Origin: Smithellaceae bacterium
GTDB taxonomy: Bacteria > Desulfobacterota > Syntrophia > Syntrophales > Smithellaceae
Direction of reading: 5' to 3'
NCBI GenBank assembly: GCA_963667845.2
Contig: CAXXVL010000002.1
Location: forward strand, 1,408,001 to 1,472,000
DNA length: 64,000 bases
Each line of letters opens with the position of its first letter. The first letter of the stretch is position 1. Below the pieces are notes generated by a model. The model made no database searches. It was not told where the DNA came from and saw only the letters and a list, made by a program, of their open reading frames with translations. A program made the translations under genes and the position numbers. Below, in pieces: positions 40,122 through 49,965 of this stretch.

Positions 40122-40559
40122 ATGAAAAGAATTGTGTCCGGAGTTCTTATGGTTATGCTTTCAGCCATGTTTCTGATCCCCAGCGGCGCGACAGCCGCTG
40201 CCTTGATGGATATTCAAAAATTAAAGAGGACAAATGCGTGTTCCGGCTGTGACCTGAGCTGGTCAAACCTCTACGGGGCTAACCTCAGCGGAGCAGACCT
40301 TGATGGGGCGAATCTGCACGGAACGAACCTCTATGGGGCGAACCTGGCGGGAGCAACCTTGATCAAGGCAAATCTGCAGGGAGCAAATCTCAGCAGGGCC
40401 AATCTGCGAGGGACGGATTTGGAGGGAGCCGATTTGCAGGGGGCAAACCTGCGGAAAAGTAATCTGCAGGGAGTAACTTTGAAAGACGCGAAACTTGGCG
40501 GGGCGACATGGATCAACGGGACCCTGTGCAAAACGGGATCCATCGGGGAATGTAAATAA
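40122..40559 (+). CDS. Exported pentapeptide-repeat protein
   Basis: Signal peptide, CSGCDL cap, ANLxG repeats, ATWING..C..GSIGEC end. Confidence 0.88.
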   Translation: MKRIVSGVLMVMLSAMFLIPSGATAAALMDIQKLKRTNACSGCDLSWSNLYGANLSGADLDGANLHGTNLYGANLAGATLIKANLQGANLSRANLRGTDLEGADLQGANLRKSNLQGVTLKDAKLGGATWINGTLCKTGSIGECK

Positions 40560-40566
40560 CCGATGA

Positions 40567-40601
40567 TGCCGGAGAGAATATTGAATTCCCCCGGCATTTT
40601 T
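40567..40601 (+). terminator. Probable intrinsic terminator
   Basis: TGCCGG...CCGGCA stem with T tract after the pentapeptide gene. Confidence 0.55.
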
Positions 40602-40630
40602 CACACCTTTTTCTCAAAGGCCGCCGTTTG

Positions 40631-40731
40631 TTTAATCCCGCTTAAGCCCGACGAGCGTTAATTCCCTGTCGCTTGCTGCGAAATTGTGACGTTCATTTTA
40701 TACCTCGACAGCTTGCTGCGAGGTTGTTGAT
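40631..40731. repeat. ~100-bp dispersed non-coding element, copy 2
   Basis: High similarity to 26309-26409 and 49412-49514, same orientation. Confidence 0.85.
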
Positions 40732-40778
40732 CGCGGCGTTTATTTGATCTTTGCCTTTTGCCTTTGATCCGCAATCTC

Positions 40779-41177
40779 TTATCGTTCACTTAACTCCAAC
40801 AGAATTCCGCCGGTCGATTTGGGGTGAACAAAAGCGATCCTCGCGCCGCCCGCACCATAGCGCGGCGTTTCATCGATCAGGCGGACGCCTTTGGCTTTGA
40901 GTTCGGCAAGTGCCGCTTCGATATTATCCACGCGCAAGGCCAGGTGCTGAATGCCTTCGCCGTTCTTTTCAATGTGTTTGGCAATGGGACCGTCAGGAGA
41001 AGTTGATTCCAAAAGCTCGATCTCCGAGTCCCCTACGGGAAAGAAAGAAACTTTCACTTTCTGCTGGACCACTTCCTCGACTCCCGTTGATTTGATGCCC
41101 AGCATTTCATACAGCTTCGCGCTCTCCGCGAGGCTCTTGACGGCAATACCGATGTGATCAACCTTTAAAATGTTCAT
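40779..41177 (-). CDS. mce: Methylmalonyl-CoA epimerase
   Basis: [33 protein letters not shown]. Confidence 0.92.
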   Translation of the reverse strand: MNILKVDHIGIAVKSLAESAKLYEMLGIKSTGVEEVVQQKVKVSFFPVGDSEIELLESTSPDGPIAKHIEKNGEGIQHLALRVDNIEAALAELKAKGVRLIDETPRYGAGGARIAFVHPKSTGGILLELSER

Positions 41178-41226
41178 TACCTCTCCTTTGTTTATATCGT
41201 CATTTGTATTTCATATTTTGGTGTTC

Positions 41227-41254
41227 GCAGTGAACGCTCGCGAGCGTTCACTAC
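41227..41254. repeat. Perfect 24-bp palindrome with GTAG end (REP-like)
   Basis: AGTGAACGCTCGCGAGCGTTCACT (41229-41252); minus strand begins GTAG. Confidence 0.6.
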
Positions 41255-41350
41255 AGCTATCGGGAATGGTCGATAGTGTAAACCAGGGTACTTTATAGCT
41301 GCTTTATCCTTTTTCTTGAACCTTGATCCTTGTGCCTTGGACCTTTAGCC

Positions 41351-42343
41351 TTAAAACTTCTGCCCTTTCAGACAATCCAGTACCCGGGCTGCGGCGGTTG
41401 TGGGAGTAACGATCCCTTTTTCAACATCCGCAAGCGACCGGGCCAGTATCGCGGCTGCGGGACTTTCATAAAACCATTCTTGAACGCCTTCGCGGACCAT
41501 GAACTTCAGCCATTCCCGGGCCTGCTCCCGCCTTTTTTTCTGCAGTTCGCCGCTGGCCGTCAGCTTTTCACGATGGTCGAGGACGATCTTCAAAATGTCT
41601 TCCAACCCGGCCATTGTGATGGCGCTGCACGTTACAACCGGCGGGGTCCAGCTCTGATAGGGCGGCGAAAGCAGGTGGAAGGCCATTTCATACTGCCGTC
41701 TGGCCATTTTGGCACGTTCGATATTGTCTCCATCGGCTTTGTTGACGGCAACGGCGTCGGCCAGTTCCATGACGCCCTTCTTAATGCCCTGCAATTCGTC
41801 GCCGCCTCCGGCAATCATCAGCACCAGAAAGAAATCAACCATCGAGGCAACGGCGACTTCCGATTGTCCGACGCCGACGGTTTCGATCATGACCGCGTCA
41901 AATCCTGCCGCCTCGCATACCAGCATCGATTCGCGGGTTTTGCGGGCAACACCGCCCAGGGTTTTCCCGGAAGGGGAGGGACGGATGAATGCTTTGTCGT
42001 TTACCGCCAGCTTTTCCATCCGCGTTTTATCGGCCAGAATGCTGCCTCCGGTTTTAGGCGAACTGGGGTCAACCGCCAGAACCGCCACATGATAACCTTT
42101 CCGGGTCAGCATTGTGCCGAAGCTTTCGATGAACGTGCTTTTGCCGGCGCCCGGCAAGCCCGTGATTCCCAGTCGCAGGGTCTTGCCCGTATAAGGCATC
42201 AATGCATCGAGGATTTGCCGCGATAATTCCTGATCGGCCGGAAGAGAGCTTTCCACGAGTGTGATCGTTTTAGCCAGCATTCGCCGGTCCCGGTCAAGAA
42301 CCCCTTGAACGTAGGGTTGAACATCACGTTTCTCCATAGTCAT
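41351..42343 (-). CDS. meaB: Methylmalonyl-CoA mutase-associated GTPase MeaB
   Basis: GLPGAGKST, AVDPSS, GGSILADKTRM, ETVGVGQSE, NKAD. Confidence 0.93.
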   Translation of the reverse strand: MTMEKRDVQPYVQGVLDRDRRMLAKTITLVESSLPADQELSRQILDALMPYTGKTLRLGITGLPGAGKSTFIESFGTMLTRKGYHVAVLAVDPSSPKTGGSILADKTRMEKLAVNDKAFIRPSPSGKTLGGVARKTRESMLVCEAAGFDAVMIETVGVGQSEVAVASMVDFFLVLMIAGGGDELQGIKKGVMELADAVAVNKADGDNIERAKMARRQYEMAFHLLSPPYQSWTPPVVTCSAITMAGLEDILKIVLDHREKLTASGELQKKRREQAREWLKFMVREGVQEWFYESPAAAILARSLADVEKGIVTPTTAAARVLDCLKGQKF

Positions 42344-42626
42344 CTCACTTTCCGGTCTTCACCATCCCGGCCGCTGTGTCCTTACCTGAAAAACGTCGCC
42401 GCATCACGCGTCCACCTGTTTTGTACCGGACGATTTTTGTCCAACGCCGATTAGCTTTTTCGTGATTATACCGAAAGGCGGCAGGGCAGGCAATGCAAAT
42501 TTCATTGCATACGCTCCCTGACGGATCCTGAAAGTACGGAAATTACCGGATGCCCATTCATAAAGCGTCGGACGAAACGATGCGGCTTACTGCCGGAGGG
42601 TGATTTCTAATCCCGGCCGGGGTAAT

Positions 42627-43007
42627 CTATTTGGAGATTTTGACCGAAATCCGTTCCTGATATTCGCGGATTTCGTGGCGAAGGATGTCCAGGTCGGCAA
42701 TGCGCTCGTCGAGGCGTTTCAAATGATTGCCCAGCAGCTCCAGAAGCCTCCTCAGCACTTTTTCATTGGACTTCTCGTAAGTCCACATGGCTTCCAGTTC
42801 CTGCATTTCCGAGAGAGTCATGCCCATGATCTTCAGGCGCTTGATCAGTTTCAAGCGCCTGAGATCGGCGTCGGTATAGATGCGGCGGCCGCCTTCCACG
42901 CGTTTGATGGAATTGAGCAGACCGATTTCTTCGTAGTAGCGGATCGTCCGCTGGCTCATGTCCAGTTGCCTGGAGAGCTCTCCGATGGATGTAAATTCTT
43001 CGCTCAT
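42627..43007 (-). CDS. MerR-family transcriptional regulator
   Basis: SIGELS...RTIRYYEEIGLL HTH plus coiled coil. Confidence 0.9.
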   Translation of the reverse strand: MSEEFTSIGELSRQLDMSQRTIRYYEEIGLLNSIKRVEGGRRIYTDADLRRLKLIKRLKIMGMTLSEMQELEAMWTYEKSNEKVLRRLLELLGNHLKRLDERIADLDILRHEIREYQERISVKISK

Positions 43008-43067
43008 GATAACCCCTGATCAGCGGAAAGATTTTCTCCCGGGCGTAAAAACCAGGCCGGAAAGCAT

Positions 43068-44621
43068 TTATGATGCGCTGTACTGCTGCTTTAACTCGCG
43101 CTTCAAAATTTTTCCAGAGGGATTTTTCGGCAGCTTCTCGGCAATGACCACCTTCTTGGGGCATTTAAAGCCCGCCAGTTTTTCCTTACAGTAAGCGATA
43201 ATCTCTTTATCGCTGATGGAGGCACCTTTCTTCGGCACGACAAACGCCGCCACAATCTCAATCCACTTGGGATCGGGAAGACCGATGACCGCCACTTCTT
43301 CGATGCCCGGATACTGATAGAGCACTTCTTCGACTTCACGGGAAGCCACGTTTTCGCCGCCGGACTTGATCATGTCCTTCTTTCGGTCCACCACGTAGAG
43401 ATAGCCGTCCGTGTCAAACCGGCCCAGATCCCCGCTGTGGAACCAGCCGAACTCAAACGCGTCGGCGGTTTTTTCCGGGTCATTCAGGTAGCCGGTCATG
43501 ACGTGACCGGAGCGATGGACGATCTCTCCGACGTCGCCGATCGGAACGAATTTTCCGTCATCGTCCATGAGCCTCGTTTCCACATTCAGAACTGGCATTC
43601 CGGCCGAGCCGGGTTTCAGAAGCTGATCTTCCGGCTTCAGAATAGTGGCCACCGGCCCCATTTCTGTCTGGCCGTAATAGTTCCAGAGTTTCAGGCCGCG
43701 AAAGGTCACGGCCAGTTGTTTGATGATCTCCACCGGCATGATGCTCGCGCCGTAGGCCGCTTTTTTCAGGCTGGCATGATTGTAATTCTTGAATTCCGGA
43801 TGGTTCAAAATGCCGATCCAGACCGTTGGCGGAGCGAACATGTGAGTGATTTGATATTTTTCGATAAGACGGATCATTTCCGCAGGATCCGCCTTGTGCA
43901 TGATGACGTTGGTGGCCCCGATATACAGATACGGCATGAGGAAGCAATGCAGCTGGGCGCAGTGAAACAGGGGCAGGGCATGCAGACTCACGTCGTCCGT
44001 CTCATACTGGCCGTCGAAAATACAGCTGTGGTACTGGGACATGAGCGCCCGGTGCGAGAGCATGGCGCCCTTGGGTTTGGACTCGGTTCCGCTCGTGTAG
44101 GGAATTTGGACAACGTCTTCGGCGCTGACGTCCACCTGGGGCTCATCATACGGCATGGCTTCCATTTCCGTGATCAGGTTGAAGAAACCCTCGGGAACCA
44201 GAGAATCGCCCAGAGGGAGAAAACCCCACTTCTCCACGGTGGAAAATTTATTCTGATCCTTGGCAATGATCGGGTAGAGGATGTCTTCCACGATGAAGAT
44301 CTTGGAGCCGGAATGGTTGATCACGTACGCGATTTCATCGGCATTGAGCATGTAGTTGATGGGCACCTGAATGGCGCCGATCTTGGCGAGACCGATCATG
44401 CTGATGGGGTAATAATGGGAGTTATACGCATAAACCGCCACCCGGTCGCCTTTTTTGACGCCGTAGCTGGTCATGAGATTGGCGAAGCGCCGTGCCTGAC
44501 GTTCGAGTTCATAAAATGAAAGCTTCAGATCGCGGAAAATAATTGCCGTCTTGTCGCCGTATTTTGTTGCGGCCCGCCTCGCCATGTCGCCGATCGTGTC
44601 GCGGAAACAAATGTTGCTCAT
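43068..44621 (-). CDS. Acyl-CoA synthetase (AMP-forming)
   Basis: YTSGTESKPKG, YGQTE, SGDLG, DRKKDMIKSGGENV, PSGK. Confidence 0.9.
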   Translation of the reverse strand: MSNICFRDTIGDMARRAATKYGDKTAIIFRDLKLSFYELERQARRFANLMTSYGVKKGDRVAVYAYNSHYYPISMIGLAKIGAIQVPINYMLNADEIAYVINHSGSKIFIVEDILYPIIAKDQNKFSTVEKWGFLPLGDSLVPEGFFNLITEMEAMPYDEPQVDVSAEDVVQIPYTSGTESKPKGAMLSHRALMSQYHSCIFDGQYETDDVSLHALPLFHCAQLHCFLMPYLYIGATNVIMHKADPAEMIRLIEKYQITHMFAPPTVWIGILNHPEFKNYNHASLKKAAYGASIMPVEIIKQLAVTFRGLKLWNYYGQTEMGPVATILKPEDQLLKPGSAGMPVLNVETRLMDDDGKFVPIGDVGEIVHRSGHVMTGYLNDPEKTADAFEFGWFHSGDLGRFDTDGYLYVVDRKKDMIKSGGENVASREVEEVLYQYPGIEEVAVIGLPDPKWIEIVAAFVVPKKGASISDKEIIAYCKEKLAGFKCPKKVVIAEKLPKNPSGKILKRELKQQYSAS

Positions 44622-44641
44622 ATATATTCCTTTCGTTCTTT

Positions 44642-44730
44642 AAGGATCAAGGTGCAAGGATCAAGGTACAAGTCAAGCGGTGGCCTTCAAACTTTATCCT
44701 TTGTCCTTGAACCTTTAACCTTTAACCTTG
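44642..44730. repeat. Inverted heptamer repeat tract (AAGGnnn)n...(CCTTnnn)n
   Basis: AAGGATC AAGGTGC AAGGATC AAGGTAC ... CCTTTGT CCTTGAA CCTTTAA CCTTTAA. Confidence 0.75.
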
Positions 44731-46365
44731 TTTGTATTTCTCTTCGAACATTTCTTTGAGCTTATATTTCTGAATCTTGCCGCTGGCTGTCATCGGGAAT
44801 TCTCTGAGAAACTCCCAGTAGCGGGGGATCTTGTGACGGGCGATCTTCCCTTTGCAGAATTCGGCAAATTCTTCCGGCGCTGCCGCCAGGCCGTCTTTGA
44901 GTTGGATAACCGCCAGAACCTGTTCCCCGTATTTTTTGTCGGTAATCCCCACGACCTGGGCGTTGGCCACTTTCGGATGGGTAAAGAAAAATTCTTCCAG
45001 TTCCCGCGGATAAATATTTTCACCGCCCCGGATAATCATATCCTTGATCCGGCCCGTCACCTTGAAGTAGCCGTTTTTATCCACTTCGCCGAGATCGCCC
45101 GTATGCAGCCAGCCGTCTTTATCGATCGCATCGGTGGTGGCTTCCGGCATTTTGTAGTAGCCCTTCATCACGCAGGCGCTGCGCGTGACGATTTCGCCCT
45201 GGGTAGAAGGCGGGGCGTCTTGTCCGCTTTCCTGATCGACAATCTTGCCTTCGATGTCGGGGAGCAGCCGGCCGACAGTCGATACGCGCAGTTCGACCGG
45301 GTCATCGCGGCGCGTCATGGTCATGACCGGCGAAGACTCCGTCTGGCCGAAGGCGATCACGATTTCGGAGCAATGCATATTTGCACGGACCTGCTTCATC
45401 GATTCCACCGGGCAGGGCGCTCCCGCCATAATGCCGGTGCGCAGAGACGTCAGATCGTACCGGTTGAAATCCGGATGATTTAAAATAGACACGAACATGG
45501 TCGGAACGCCGTTGATCGCCGTGCAGTGCTCGGCGGCAATCGCCGCCAGGGCCAGCGCCGGATCGAAATATTCCAGGACCACCATGGCCGAGCCGTGATA
45601 GATGCAGTTGAGCGTGCTCATGACGCAGCCGAAACAATGAAACAGGGGCACCTGAATCAAAAGGCTGTCGCGTTCAGTCATGCCCATGACATCGCCTACC
45701 ATCCGGGCGTTGTTCACGATATTGGTGTGCGAGAGCATTACGCCCTTGGGAAAACCCGTCGTGCCCGACGTGTATTGCATATTGATCACATCGTCGGCGT
45801 CAAGCGATGCCATCCGGCGGTCCAGTTCGGCCTCGGAAATCGCTGCTCCCTTTTTAATCATTTCGGAGAAGCCCAGCATGCCGGGCGTGTTTTCTTTTGA
45901 ACCGATGTAGACGACATTTTTCATGAGCGGCAGTTGGGAAGATGCCAGTTGCCCCGGCTGATGACGGTCCAACTCCGGGAGAATCTGACGCACCGTGTTG
46001 TAAAAGCTGGTATCGCGGTAAGTGTCGATCAGAAACAGTGTGGTGGAATCGGACTGTTTGAGAATATACTGAAGCTCATGCGACTGGTAATTGGTATTGA
46101 TCGTGACCAGCACCCCGCCGACCATCCCCAGCGCCGATTGCAGATAGATCCACTCCGGGATGTTGGTCGTCCAGACGGAAACATGATCGCCCTTTTGAAT
46201 GCCGAGCGCCATCAGTCCCCGGGCCGTTTTGCGGCACTGTTCATAGAACTCGCGGTAGGTTTGACGAATTTTAAATTGAGGTGAAATGAGGGCCGGATTT
46301 TCGGGAAACCGCCCGGCTGTTTCTTTAACCACTTCTCCCACTGTCTTGTTCACAAAATCGGACAT
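44722..46365 (-). CDS. Acyl-CoA synthetase (AMP-binding protein)
   Basis: YTSGTTGFPKG, PLFHCFG, FGQTE, TGDLG, GRIKDMIIRGGENI. Confidence 0.9.
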   Translation of the reverse strand: MSDFVNKTVGEVVKETAGRFPENPALISPQFKIRQTYREFYEQCRKTARGLMALGIQKGDHVSVWTTNIPEWIYLQSALGMVGGVLVTINTNYQSHELQYILKQSDSTTLFLIDTYRDTSFYNTVRQILPELDRHQPGQLASSQLPLMKNVVYIGSKENTPGMLGFSEMIKKGAAISEAELDRRMASLDADDVINMQYTSGTTGFPKGVMLSHTNIVNNARMVGDVMGMTERDSLLIQVPLFHCFGCVMSTLNCIYHGSAMVVLEYFDPALALAAIAAEHCTAINGVPTMFVSILNHPDFNRYDLTSLRTGIMAGAPCPVESMKQVRANMHCSEIVIAFGQTESSPVMTMTRRDDPVELRVSTVGRLLPDIEGKIVDQESGQDAPPSTQGEIVTRSACVMKGYYKMPEATTDAIDKDGWLHTGDLGEVDKNGYFKVTGRIKDMIIRGGENIYPRELEEFFFTHPKVANAQVVGITDKKYGEQVLAVIQLKDGLAAAPEEFAEFCKGKIARHKIPRYWEFLREFPMTASGKIQKYKLKEMFEEKYKQG

Positions 46366-46470
46366 AAAAGCACCTCGCCATAGATTGATATTACATGATC
46401 AGGTCTTTTTCAGTCAGACGGATCAGCTGAGACCTCATGCATGATTTCAAACAAATGCTGTTCTAATCCC

Positions 46471-46518
46471 ACTTAACGTAAACTGGGTTGAATATAGCGA
46501 ATTTTAATATTCTGTCAA
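46471..46518 (-). promoter_or_regulatory. Putative sigma70 promoter and candidate operator of the acyl-CoA ligase operon
   Basis: Minus strand TTGACA-16 nt-TATATT, followed by GTTTACGTTAAG. Confidence 0.4.
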
Positions 46519-46796
46519 TAATTTTTTTTCACTGACCTGCAAAAACCGCAAAATCTGCTTTCCGGAAAGCGACTCAATCAGGTTTTTCCTCAAGGGGCAG
46601 TTGCCCCTGCCTCGAAAATTAGATAGCAAAACCGGAGAGATACGTAATTTTCTTTCTGGCGGACGAGGATTGCCGGAGCGCATCAAAAACAAGTCTTAGC
46701 GATTCAGATTTCCTTTGACTTGCATGATCGTGTTCTTTATACTTTTTTGCACGAAGTAGTTATTCCTTACCCACGAGCTCCTTCAGGTTCTATAAG

Positions 46797-48743
46797 ATGG
46801 ATTTTGAGTCGGCGACCACTAGAGAGATCAGCTGCCGGATTACCCGCACTCTGATTATGTATGTCAGGGAGACGAACGGCTCGCTCGGAAACCTGCTTAC
46901 GGATCTCGAACTGGACGAGGCCTATCTCTGCGATAACAACAACTGGGTTTCCCACGAGTTCCTCCATATTCTCTATGCACGAATGTCTGAGATCCTGGGC
47001 GATAGATATCCGGTCTACAAGATGGCCCTGGCGTCCGACCGATACCAGTCCCTGAACATCCTGGAGCGGATCGCGCGTCTGCTGGGCAATCCGAAGCTGA
47101 TCTATTCGCAGGCGCCGCGATACAACAGGCTGCTCAAAGCGAACGGCGACGTCTACATCCATGAGGTCGGTGATTCCTGGGTGGTCCTGGAAGACCGCTA
47201 CCATGACGGCGCGACGAAGACCCGTCACGATTGCGACTATACCCGGGGAATCATCACCGGCATCCCCACCGTATTCGGTATGCCGCCGGCCCGCGTGGAA
47301 GAAATTGAATGCCAGGTGGCGGCCCATGTGTATGGCGAGCGGGAATGGACCGATAAACCGGTTTACGGGAGCAAAGGATGTCTCTACCGCATCGAGTGGG
47401 CATCCGGTGAAAGACCGCCGATCTGGAAGCGCCTCTTTCAACAGTACTGGGTTTATCGAAAAGCCATTGACGATCTGCAGGAAACGAATCAGATCATCCA
47501 GCAAAAATATGATGAAGTGAGAAAGCTGGCGCAGGAACTTGCGAATACCAACCGGCGCCTGGAAAGCTACACGGCTGAACTGCAGGCGTCCGAGCAGCGA
47601 TACCGGCTGCTGGCCGAAAACGTCACGGATACGATCTGGACGATGAGCCTGGAACCGCTGCAGTTTACGTATATCAGCCCGTCGGTTCAGCTGATGACAG
47701 GCTTCATGGTCCAGGAGGCGATGGCCATGCCGCTCGAAAAAAGCATATCACCGGAATCCATGGGCCGGGTGATGACTATGCTGGCGGAAGGGCTGGCCAG
47801 AGAGGCCGCAGGGAATAACGATCCAAATTACTCGGCAACTCTGGAAGTGGAGCTGTATCATAAAGACGGATCGCTAAGCTGGGTCGAGGTGACGACATCT
47901 TTTTTACGGGACGAAAAAAGCCGGGCCGTCGGACTTCTGGGCGTGTCACGGGACATCTCGGAGCGTAAGCGGGCCGAGCAACTCTACCAGGCGAAGATTG
48001 CCGCAGAAGCCTCCAATGATGCCAAGGGACAATTTCTTTCCAATATGAGTCATGAACTCAGAACCCCCTTGAACCATATTATGGGTTTTACTGAATTGAT
48101 CCTCGCGAAAAACTTTGGAGAACTCAATGGAGTTCAGGAAGAGTATCTGACGGATGTATATCAAAGCAGTCAGCACCTGCTTTCCCTGGTCGATGATATT
48201 CTGGACATTGAGAAGATCGAAGCGGGCAAACTGGAAATCAAAGTTGCGCCGGTCAATCTGATCATCCTGCTTACGCAAAGTCTGTCCATTGTCAGGGATA
48301 GTGCGTTGCGCCGCGGGATCCATCTGACGACTCGTATGGATCAGATCCCCGAAAATATTGTCGCCGATGAGCGGAGAATAAAGCAGGTCATTTATAATTT
48401 ACTCTCCAACGCCGTGAAGTTTACCGAAGACGGCGGTAACATCAGCCTTAACGCTTGCCTGAAAACGGGCGAGGGGTCGGAAGCTTTTGCCGGCTCCGAG
48501 ATCTGTCGTAAAATCCTGGAGATCAGTGTGACCGATAACGGCATCGGCATTAGACCGGAAGACATGAATAAAATATTCGAACCGTTTTCTCAGGCGGAGA
48601 GTGCGCTGAACCGGAAGTATGCCGGGTCGGGATTGGGGCTGGCCCTCGCGCGGAATCTGGCTGAAATGCACGGCGGCCGGTTATGGGCGGAAAGCGGCGG
48701 ACCAGGGAAGGGATCAACCTTTCGCTTCACGCTTCCGCTTTAG
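46797..48743 (+). CDS. Cytoplasmic PAS-domain sensor histidine kinase
   Basis: PAS (YISPSV...SRDISERK), SHELRTPL, NLLSNAVKFT, DNGIG, GSGLGL; no TM segment. Confidence 0.92.
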   Translation: MDFESATTREISCRITRTLIMYVRETNGSLGNLLTDLELDEAYLCDNNNWVSHEFLHILYARMSEILGDRYPVYKMALASDRYQSLNILERIARLLGNPKLIYSQAPRYNRLLKANGDVYIHEVGDSWVVLEDRYHDGATKTRHDCDYTRGIITGIPTVFGMPPARVEEIECQVAAHVYGEREWTDKPVYGSKGCLYRIEWASGERPPIWKRLFQQYWVYRKAIDDLQETNQIIQQKYDEVRKLAQELANTNRRLESYTAELQASEQRYRLLAENVTDTIWTMSLEPLQFTYISPSVQLMTGFMVQEAMAMPLEKSISPESMGRVMTMLAEGLAREAAGNNDPNYSATLEVELYHKDGSLSWVEVTTSFLRDEKSRAVGLLGVSRDISERKRAEQLYQAKIAAEASNDAKGQFLSNMSHELRTPLNHIMGFTELILAKNFGELNGVQEEYLTDVYQSSQHLLSLVDDILDIEKIEAGKLEIKVAPVNLIILLTQSLSIVRDSALRRGIHLTTRMDQIPENIVADERRIKQVIYNLLSNAVKFTEDGGNISLNACLKTGEGSEAFAGSEICRKILEISVTDNGIGIRPEDMNKIFEPFSQAESALNRKYAGSGLGLALARNLAEMHGGRLWAESGGPGKGSTFRFTLPL

Positions 48744-48837
48744 AGTGCATAGGGGACCTGCGAAAGCCTTTCATCATCTTCTTGATGCTTAGGGCGAAGA
48801 TCCATAAGAATCTCAACTTTGAAATCTGAGGCGCATC

Positions 48838-49236
48838 ATGAAACAAAAAACGATTATGGTCATCGAAGACAACGAAATGAACATGAAACTGATGAGGGCC
48901 GTGCTCCAGATCGGAAATTACCGGATGCTGGAAGCAGCCGATGCGGAAACCGGTCTGCGATTAATGAAGGAGGACCGGCCGGACCTCATCTTCATGGATA
49001 TACAACTGCCGTCTATGAGCGGGTTGACGGCGACCGGGATTATCAAAGCTGACCCCGACTTGAAGGACATTCCTGTTTTTGCCGTTTCCGGCTTTGCCAT
49101 GGAAAGTGATAAGGCGAAGGCGAAGGACCTGGGGTTCGCCGGTTATATCGTTAAACCCATTTCGGTAAAAGCATTGCTGGAAATGCTGGCCCGACATTTC
49201 AGCGCCGGACAAACGGGGTACGAGCCCGTGGCCTGA
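48838..49236 (+). CDS. Single-domain response regulator (DivK/CheY-like)
   Basis: IEDN, FMDIQLP, KP. Confidence 0.9.
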   Translation: MKQKTIMVIEDNEMNMKLMRAVLQIGNYRMLEAADAETGLRLMKEDRPDLIFMDIQLPSMSGLTATGIIKADPDLKDIPVFAVSGFAMESDKAKAKDLGFAGYIVKPISVKALLEMLARHFSAGQTGYEPVA

Positions 49237-49411
49237 CCCGAGTCGTTAAACCCTCTTTGCCTGAAAAAACGCGAACGGCAATTAGACGAACGCTACGGTG
49301 AAATATGCACGGAGCGCCCGAACCCGGATCGGTCTCACGTAAGTCGCAAAGGTATGTTTTTTCCGCTCTTAAAGACCTTGCCGCCGGTTCGCCGGAAACT
49401 GTCATGTTTTC

Positions 49412-49514
49412 TTTAATCCCGCTTAAGCGGGACGAGCGTTAATTCCCTGTCGCTTGCTGCGATATAATGACGTTCATTTCATACCTCGACCCCCTTGCTG
49501 CGAGGTGGTCGATT
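49412..49514. repeat. ~100-bp dispersed non-coding element, copy 3
   Basis: High similarity to copies 1 and 2; left palindrome TCCCGCTTAAGCGGGA intact. Confidence 0.85.
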
Positions 49515-49965
49515 ATCACCCCCAACGACACTTCTGCCGTAAAAAACCATGCTTTGCCATCATCGCTCTTCCTGATGATTTTAAGCATCCTGTGACGATC
49601 GTTACTGTTTCCCGTTCAGGAGACTGGTACGTATAATCCGTCTTTAGGGAAAAAGCGGGGTAAAGCTTGATAAAACACAGGTCAGAGCCGGCTTACGTAA
49701 AATACTAATTCGGCTCAGCATTACTTTGATGAAGAAAGGAAGGAGTATGCAGAATCGAATTTTTTGCGGCAATTCATTCCTGGATAGCGATCGTGACGGC
49801 AGTCAACACTGGTATGGCCGGTCAGGCCGGCAGTTAGAAAGAAGCAAGACACTCGATTTCAGCCAGCTCGTCGTCAAAAAAGCATCAGGTTTACGACTGG
49901 ACAATCGCTTTATATTCATGCCGAAGCATTGATTCCCTGAGTCATTTTCCGCGCACTCATCCCGA

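Noticed and set aside
49199..49932. Short ORFs (68 aa each) around repeat copy 3
   Set aside because: No family motifs; possibly gene debris, cannot be supported.
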